A stretch of DNA of 64,000 nt, taken from contig OX597816.1 of the NCBI GenBank assembly GCA_951406725.2, positions 77,934,001 to 77,998,000 on the forward strand, read 5' to 3'. Position numbers and translations under genes: made by a program. Below, piece by piece: positions 56,520 to 64,000 of the stretch. Positions within the stretch are counted from its first letter, which is position 1. The number at the start of each line of letters is the position of its first letter. The stretch is from Octopus vulgaris (Eukaryota). The notes under the pieces are model-generated. The model was not told where the DNA came from. It searched no databases and saw only the letters and a list, made by a program, of their open reading frames with translations.

Positions 56520-58576
56520 TGATGATGGCCATCCACTCGTGACCGAGGAAGACCTTTAGAACGTTGTGCACTCTAGGACTAATATTTTGAATTTTCGGCT
56601 CCGTTGGTGGCTAATGAGCCCTGCTCTTGATAAGCATACACGATTACAAACATTGCAACCAAGCTTTCCCCATTCACTATGCTAGCAGTGCGCTCTCGAG
56701 CAGCACACTTAAATTCTTTATGCAGAATATGCGCTCTTTCTAAGCTGTCGAACTCCCCCTTAACCTACTTCCTCCATCTGTGGCGATGACAGGCATTGCT
56801 CTCTCAGTCAGTCTCTTGTATATTACAAGCCTTTAATGAGGACTTGACACAGTCCTTAAATTGCAGCCTTAGTTTCTGGTCTTTTTCCACTAACAAGTTC
56901 CCCATATAGCATCTGTTTAGGGATCCTGCTATCCTTCATTCTAATAAGGTGTCCAGTCCAACGTAACCGGTGCTTGTGTACCATCGCCTCAATACTCAAG
57001 CTTTTCTCTGGAACTGTGTTTCTGGAGTTTTATGGTCCAGGCAACATTCAGAATGTGTCTCAGACATATCTGATGAAAGTGTACAAGGTGTACATGATGT
57101 TTTTAAAGGGTCCATGTCTCACGTGAGTAAATGAGCAATGTCAGTACACATGCGCGGTACACAGCAATTTTGGTTTGCCTTGTGATGCCATGCTGGGACC
57201 AGATACGAGACTCAAGAGACCAGAAGGAATCAGTTGCTCTCCGCGGCCTGAAAGATATTTCATCATCCAGGGAGCAAGAACGGCTGAGCGTGCTCCCAAA
57301 GTAGACAAACTTGTCTACTACTTTCAGTATTGTTCCTTCAGCCAAGATAGCTGCGGTGCAAGGTGGAACATCACAACATTTTTGTTCAGGTTAATGCTGA
57401 CTCCAAATGCCTCGCAAAAAGTCACAGTCATCTGCATAAAGGAGGTCACGAATAAGAGACTGGAAAACTTTTGAATTGGTGGCAAATCGACGCAGATTAA
57501 AGAGGCGGCCAGAAGATCGATACCTGAAATGTATTCCCAGAGAGCTGACCTTAGCAAAAGCATGACTAAAAGCAGCAGTAAAGTACAAAGAAAAGAGAAT
57601 TGAGGCAAGAATATCGCTCTGCTTGACACTATTCTCTACAGGAATGGGTCCCATCATCCCACCACCAGCATTGACCCAAGCCTCCATTCTATCATGAAAT
57701 GATTTAATTATAGATACAAAGTGATCCGGACATCCAAGTTTGCCAAGTAATTTCCATAGCAAGGCCTTATTCGCAGTATCAAAGGCCTTCGTTGAATCAA
57801 TGAATACCTGGACAAGATCCATATTCTGCTCATAGCACTTCTCCTGCATGTCTTGCTCTGAAAATCATATCCATTGTCCCTCTACTAGATCGGAAGCCAC
57901 ATTGAGATTCAGATAGGACATCATTTACGAGACACCCATTCAGGCGGCTAAAAAGAATATTTGCCAGAACCTTGCCAGCAGCTGATAGTAGAGCAATACC
58001 TCTGTAGTTACCACACATTATTTTGGCTCCTTTTCCTTTATTGAGAGGAAGAATAATTGCATACTTCCAGTCCTTAGGCATTGCACCATCCCTCCAGACT
58101 ACACTAATAAGTTCATGAAGGGACTGTATAATGTAATCACCACCAAACCCTAAGACCTCAGCGCAAATTCCATCCCTTCGGAGTGCCCTACCAAAATTCA
58201 ATTTATTTATTGCTGTTATTACAAGCAATAAAGGCCTTTGTCGCATAGTATCAATCACTGTTTCATCCACAATGACTCATGGTTTAGGAGTTCAGAGAAG
58301 TGTTCAATCCATCGACCCGTGATTTCTGTTGATTTAGTAAATAGAGTAGAAGACTCCTTGGAAAGCAAAGGAGCTAATGTGGAGCTCTTAGGCCCATAAA
58401 CTTGCTTCATAAGATGGTAAAGCTTCTTGCTGTCATTTGCATCAGCAGCAGCCTGAACATCACGAGCAAGATCCTCCCACCAAGTGTTCTGCATCTTCCT
58501 GAGAGATCGCTGCAGTAGTGATTTTACACTGCTTTAGTAGATTGGTGCTAGATTTCGATGCACAGCAATTTCAGCT
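56520..58576 (-). mobile_element. RTE-clade (BovB-like) LINE, 5'-truncated and frameshifted
   Basis: MPKDWKYAII..KGKG..CGNYRGIALLSAAGKVLANIL..ESQCGFRSSRGTMDMIF; FID.TKAFD; LLYADD; VDKFVYFGSTLS; RLRWTGHLIRM. Confidence 0.92.
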
Positions 58577-58611
58577 GTGCAACTACATATATACATACAT
58601 ACAGACAGACT

Positions 58612-58647
<36 letters not shown>

Positions 58648-58836
58648 TACAGACAGGCAGACAGACAGACAGACTGACAGACAGACATGTATTTATGTAT
58701 CTATATTCTCTGTTTTTAATTTATTCATATGCTTCCTTTGGGGAAGGAGCTGGTTTCAAACAAATATACAAACCTACATGTGTGTATGTATGGATGTATG
58801 TATGTATGCATGCGTGCATGCAAATCGCCTGCATCG

Positions 58837-59215
58837 ACTAGGCTATCGGGTGCTGTAATAAACTGCTGGTTACAATAGAGTCCAATACTTTCTTGAATTC
58901 ACCTTTTTTTCCATCTTGGTCCAAATCGTTCAAGTAAATCTGATTCCCATCATTGTAGAGGCCTTCCAGGTGGCCATTTCCAGTCCTTTGGATACCACTT
59001 GGAAACTTCCCAGGTCCACCTTCTATCAACGCGATGTTCCCGGCCCAGCCAAACTTGTGCTTTCGGTATTCTATCGCGTCTTTCACTCTGCTTAACACTG
59101 GGATTACCTTCATTTTGGATATGCTTTTACAATGATATTCCTAACATGGTGTTTCTATGGTACTTTGCATTCTGGCTAGTCAATGTTCTCTCCGCCGCTT
59201 AGTAGTTTACGTCTC
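58837..59215 (-). mobile_element. RTE-clade LINE 3' fragment (second family)
   Basis: KFGWAGNIA..RRWTWEVSKWYPKDWK.PPGRPLQRW. Confidence 0.75.
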
Positions 59216-59536
59216 ATTTGCGTAGGCAGGACAGTGCCATTGAAGAGACTGTCATGTAAGCTAACCGTTGATATCCACAAGTCCAGACAATGTCTCTAAT
59301 GAGAATTTTGAGACATGCAGTGAATAACTTAGGAGAAATAGTATATCTTTGTTTGATGCCCTTCTTTTTTGCAACTCTTATAATGATAAAGACTCAGTTA
59401 CAGTGAGACAACTACTTCTAATAATATAACTATTGGACAAAAATATTAAACTCTACATTTCTGTATTGAGTTTTTTCTATTGCTATTTATTATTTCAATA
59501 TATTATACCACTTGTAAGATATAAGTATGTATTCAT

Positions 59537-59618
<82 letters not shown>

Positions 59619-59640
59619 ATGTATACACACACATGCACGT

Positions 59641-59943
59641 GGAGGTACGTGGCCTAGTAGTTAGACCAGCAAACTCGCAGTCGAGAGATCGCGGGTTCGA
59701 ACCTCAAACCGGGTGATGCGAGTGTTTATGAACGAAACACCTAAGCTCCACGCGGCTCCGGCAGAAGGTAATGGTGAACTTCTGCTGACTCTTTCGCCAC
59801 AACTTCCTCTCACTCTTTCCTGCTAGCAGCTCACCTGCGACGGACCGGCATCCTGTCCAGATGGGGAACCTATACGCCAACGAAACAGGGAAACCGACCC
59901 TTATGAGCCAGGCAAGGTTTGTGAAGGAACAAACAACAACAAC
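59641..59943 (+). mobile_element. tRNA-derived SINE with (CAA)n tail
   Basis: GGAGGTACGTGGCCTAGTAGTTAGA A box; GGGTTCGAACC B box; 3' end GGAACAAACAACAACAAC. Confidence 0.85.
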
Positions 59944-60314
59944 AAATATGCATACACAGATACACTCGCACATGCACACGCGCGGACGAGCATGCAGGCA
60001 CACAATCGCTTGACATATATAGTATTTCAAGCACCAATTTATTAACTCCAGACGAAAGGAAAACCAAACCAGAGTTTCTGGGTACAAGTTGACTGTACTC
60101 AATGAGAATCTCTTCTCATATTTCTGTGATGTCACTTTCATTACTTGTTATTATTCAGTATAGGATATCCTTCTAATTACGTACTTTGTAAGACCATACA
60201 AGTGTTCCGTGAAGAGGCAGTAATTAAATAGCTTATAATCGAAACTCTGACACACTTACAAGACAATGGCGAGTGCGTGTGTGTACATATGCATACATAC
60301 ATGCATATACAAAC

Positions 60315-60364
<50 letters not shown>

Positions 60365-60369
60365 GCACG

Positions 60370-60422
<53 letters not shown>

Positions 60423-60545
60423 GAAGAGGCTAACATAACCTCTAATCGAATTATATATATATAATAAACGCATCATGCATATACTTATACATCTTTTTTA
60501 TCTTTTATCTTTTACTTCTATTAGTCATTACACTGAAGCCATTTG

Positions 60546-60583
<38 letters not shown>

Positions 60584-61859
60584 TGTGTGTTTGTGTGTGT
60601 ATGCATATATGCATGTATGTATAATTAATACGTGTTATACAGGATATTTTGATAAGGGAGCCCCACTCTGATTTGTGGTACTTCTGATGTAAATGGAATA
60701 TAGATAATAATCTTTTGATATGATTTCATTTTATATTGAGTTTAATTTATAGCTCTTAAAACTTGATAAATCTTTCTGTCCCTCTCCCTTTCCTTCTCTC
60801 TCTCATACACACACTTTTTCTCTCTTTTCCATATGATAACTAAATTGATGTACAACTATTCTCAGTGAAGTAGATACAAAGTAACATAGCTTTTATGAAA
60901 ATTAATTATATATTTGATCTCATTTAATTAGAATAAATTTGCTAACCAGAGTTTTATTAGCTTTCAATTTAAATTACTATCCTAAAATGCTTTCAGAAAT
61001 GTGCATCGAATGACTGTTTGGGTGAAGTTTAAAACAATTTAATTACGAAAGCCGAAATTAGGTCAACAATCCAATATCTAAAAATCCGTGGGAAGTTTTA
61101 TGCGGTCGCTTAACTTGCTAAAAATTGCAATCAAATCCTTTCAACTCACGCTCTAAGTCATCAAATAAAGGGAGGACACATTGGATAATATATTCCTAAA
61201 TACACAATGTTCGACTAAAAAATGCGAAGATCAAGGCTGGAACAGTTTTGATAAGTTTACTTATGGCTAAACAGCAACAACAACATCAAAAATCTTTTTC
61301 CATTTTTATTCTTTTTGCTTTCATTCTCAATTTCTTATTAATGTAAATTATGGTTGCACATAAATAGTCAATGATCTTTTTCTTTAGTTCATTATTAGTT
61401 ATTGGTTTGCTTTGGCCAAGATATTAAAGGGCCATGCTGAAACACTCCTTGTGCTAATAATTTCATTTCACTTAAGCAGCTGCTGGTACCTCTCTTCAAA
61501 GGCATATTCTTTATACAGAAAACTTTTTACACCCTGAAAATTCGGTGTCTTTTGCCTAAGTAAGAAATTCTGTGTCGACTAACCGTCTCACCTCTCTGAT
61601 ACTTTTAATTCTTTCATGCGCAAACAAACGTGGTCACTCGAGCCGCTAAAAGTGAAGACTGATTTCCCTCCAATCACAGAATACTGTCTTAGAAAGGAAG
61701 AACGTACTTCATAATATAGTCCCAGATATGTTTATCCAAAAAATACTCTACTTGAGCTGGCCTGCCCCGAAGGCAAAAAAAAAAAAGAAAAGAAAAAGAT
61801 TCACTCATGCCTGTCTTGATGGACTGCCGATATCACAGAAAAATCCTTGATGCTAGAGA

Positions 61860-62160
61860 ATTTCTAGGCAATGAACCATAAAGTTCTGTTGCAAATTAAG
61901 GTAGGATGAAAAGGATCGTATATAGTGTACTGTGCAGAGGCTTTCTTGATTGCAATCTTGCAGGCTTCGCTTGGATGGATAAAAATCGTTCCTGATTGTA
62001 TGTAACTTGTATCAAGTGTTGGAGGAGGTATTCTTTGCTCGTATTGTGGCAGCACATCTACGAGACAACTATTGGAGGTTGGAGGTTATGAGATTTGGTT
62101 ATGTGAGTGATATGAAGGAACATATTTAAGGGAAGGGTTTCGTTCAACTACTTGACTGTT
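61860..62160 (-). mobile_element. Possible LINE ORF1 remnant
   Basis: DTSYIQSGTIFIHPSEACKIAIKKAS..YDPFHPT..NRTLWFI resembles the ORF1-like piece near 17050; weak. Confidence 0.3.
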
Positions 62161-62384
62161 TTAGTAGGAAAACACATATTTGCAGTTAGAGACAGTAAGC
62201 GTTAAAATGAAGGAGCTCCGGCCATTTAAATAGTTTGGAGAAACAGCAGTATTTGGGTTGTGGCACAGTGCAATAACAGATGTGTTTCTGTGATTAGACG
62301 ATCCCATTAGTAGCGATAATAAATATTGGGATATCTGGAGGTGAAAAGTACGTCTAGTGTATTTGGGGCGGCAATGTGTCTGTC

Positions 62385-62791
62385 TAGAAATGAAGCAACC
62401 CCGACTAGTGAATAGAGATGGCCCAATTTTTCTCCACAACAACGCACGTCCTCACACTCCTCAAGCTACAGAATAATGAGATTCTGCAACATTCTCCCTA
62501 TTCCTCTGATATCTCTCTTACTGATCATCACTTATTTAAGCATTTTGAGCTTTTCATAAGCAATTAAACATTTTTAAATAGAGAAGAGGTAATTGAATCA
62601 TTCGGACAGTTTATCACAGTAAAAGATGATTTTTTTTTTTTAAGATTGAATATATGGCATAGAAAAACATTGGGTAAACGTCATAGTTTAACATGGATCA
62701 TACTTTGATTAAATAAATCAGTTCTCTAACACTTCTGAAACATTTTATTGTTACCTTTCAAATACGACATTTCATGTGAAACAACCTGATA
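62385..62791 (+). mobile_element. Mariner transposase C-terminal fragment with right TIR
   Basis: PRLVNRDGPIFLHNNARPHT; ILQHSPYSSDISLTDHHLFKHF; ends CGACATTTCATGTGAAACAACCTGA-TA. Confidence 0.85.
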
Positions 62792-63747
62792 TTTATATAT
62801 TAAGAGTTCAAAGACACAGAAAATTAAAAGAGAGAAGGTATAGTGTTATAAGTCCGACAGTTGTTCCTGGGGACCTGGAGTTAGTTTATAATGTTGGCAA
62901 AATTAGTTCAGCAAAATATGCAACCAGTAAAGGAATCGAATAACCGTTAGAGAGATCCAGCCTCCGTTTTCAGGGTGGAGAGATAAAAATCTGACATTTC
63001 AGATCATGACACAGGGAAATTCAAAGGTAGACTCAAGACAGAGGTCAAGTAACCAGACGGTACGACGAAATAATAAAGAATACAAACAAGGGTTCTAAAA
63101 AATAGAAAATATATATTTTGGTAGGTATTGTACGTCCGACGACAGCTAAGTGTTTAAACTATAGACATAATGCGGTGAAAGTGACAGAAGCATACCAACC
63201 ACCGAACCGTCATCTTGTTCTCAACAACCTTATATTGACGCGGACATATGTGCTTTTCTTTTTACCGACTTAACATATTTCAATTATGTTTTAAAATATC
63301 GACACAGCTTGAATCCTCCACCCTAAATTTATCGATAAACGCCAGTCAAACAAGGCAACACTTTCAAATATATTCCCAATAAATCTTCATATATTTCATG
63401 AGTACAACACCAAAAGTAATTTTGTTTTATTCTCACTGAAATGTTAAAGATGATAGGAAATTCTTGGTAGTTTTGAAATAGCTTCGAATGCATCTCAACA
63501 CGACACTTTCTAACATCTTTACACTTCCATGCCAATTTCTCACTATTTTCACTTCTGAATATTTAGAAATTCAGCTTAGGATTTATAAACATTATCGGTT
63601 CCGACGATGAGCATTCAATTATTCGATCAACTGAAACACATAGTCATTGAATAAGTGTGCAAGTGACTGAGTGTATCATAGTCACGTTTTTCCCTTAACG
63701 GTTAATCCAGCATGATACGGGGTTAGAAGGCTGTATAGGATAAAAGG

Positions 63748-64000
63748 TGAGTACCCACTTCGGTCATGAATGACCATGGGATTGCACCTAGAAAGTTCCC
63801 CTCCGAGGAACAGGTTCGGGACCTCGCGTATCAGCCCCCCTCTCTACGCCACCGATGTTGTCTAAGGGAAAGGCAAAGGCTGATAAAACCTGGCACTAAT
63901 GACTTGTCAACTTGGCAATTCATTTCTACAGCTATGTGAACTGGAGCTACATGAAACAAAATATCTTGCTCAACAAGACAACACACAGCCCGGTTCGGAA
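63748..64000 (-). mobile_element. SINE family C
   Basis: CTTCGGTCATGAATGACCATGGGATTGCACCTAGAAAGTT..CATTTCTACAGC..GTGAACTGGAGC..ATCTTGCTCAA, the reverse complement of the 26145-26372 type. Confidence 0.75.

Overview
AT-rich, microsatellite-dense animal genomic DNA. The SINE, Dong/RTE LINE and microsatellite landscape suggests a cephalopod (Octopus-like) genome, which is an inference. Most of the window is decayed transposable elements: R4/Dong-type RT-RLE LINEs next to (AAT)n tracts, RTE, Tx1-like and L2/Crack-like LINEs, Penelope-like RT and GIY-YIG remnants, Tc1/mariner/maT DNA transposons, a MITE and several tRNA-derived SINE families. Most ORFs in the supplied track are microsatellite artefacts. 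The main result is a three-exon host gene on the + strand that the ORF track misses (20386-20388, 29233-29426, 31945-32035; canonical GT-AG sites, phases 0 and 2 compatible). It encodes a 95-aa precursor with a signal peptide, an 8-cysteine domain (C-C-C-CC-C-C-C) ending in KYPF-G-KR (amidation plus dibasic cleavage) and a 21-aa C-terminal peptide, so it is a candidate cysteine-rich amidated hormone, pheromone or toxin that I cannot assign to a named family. A second theme is at least two repeat families carrying minimal type-I hammerhead ribozyme motifs, repeatedly arranged head-to-head; one has a tRNA-like Pol III head.
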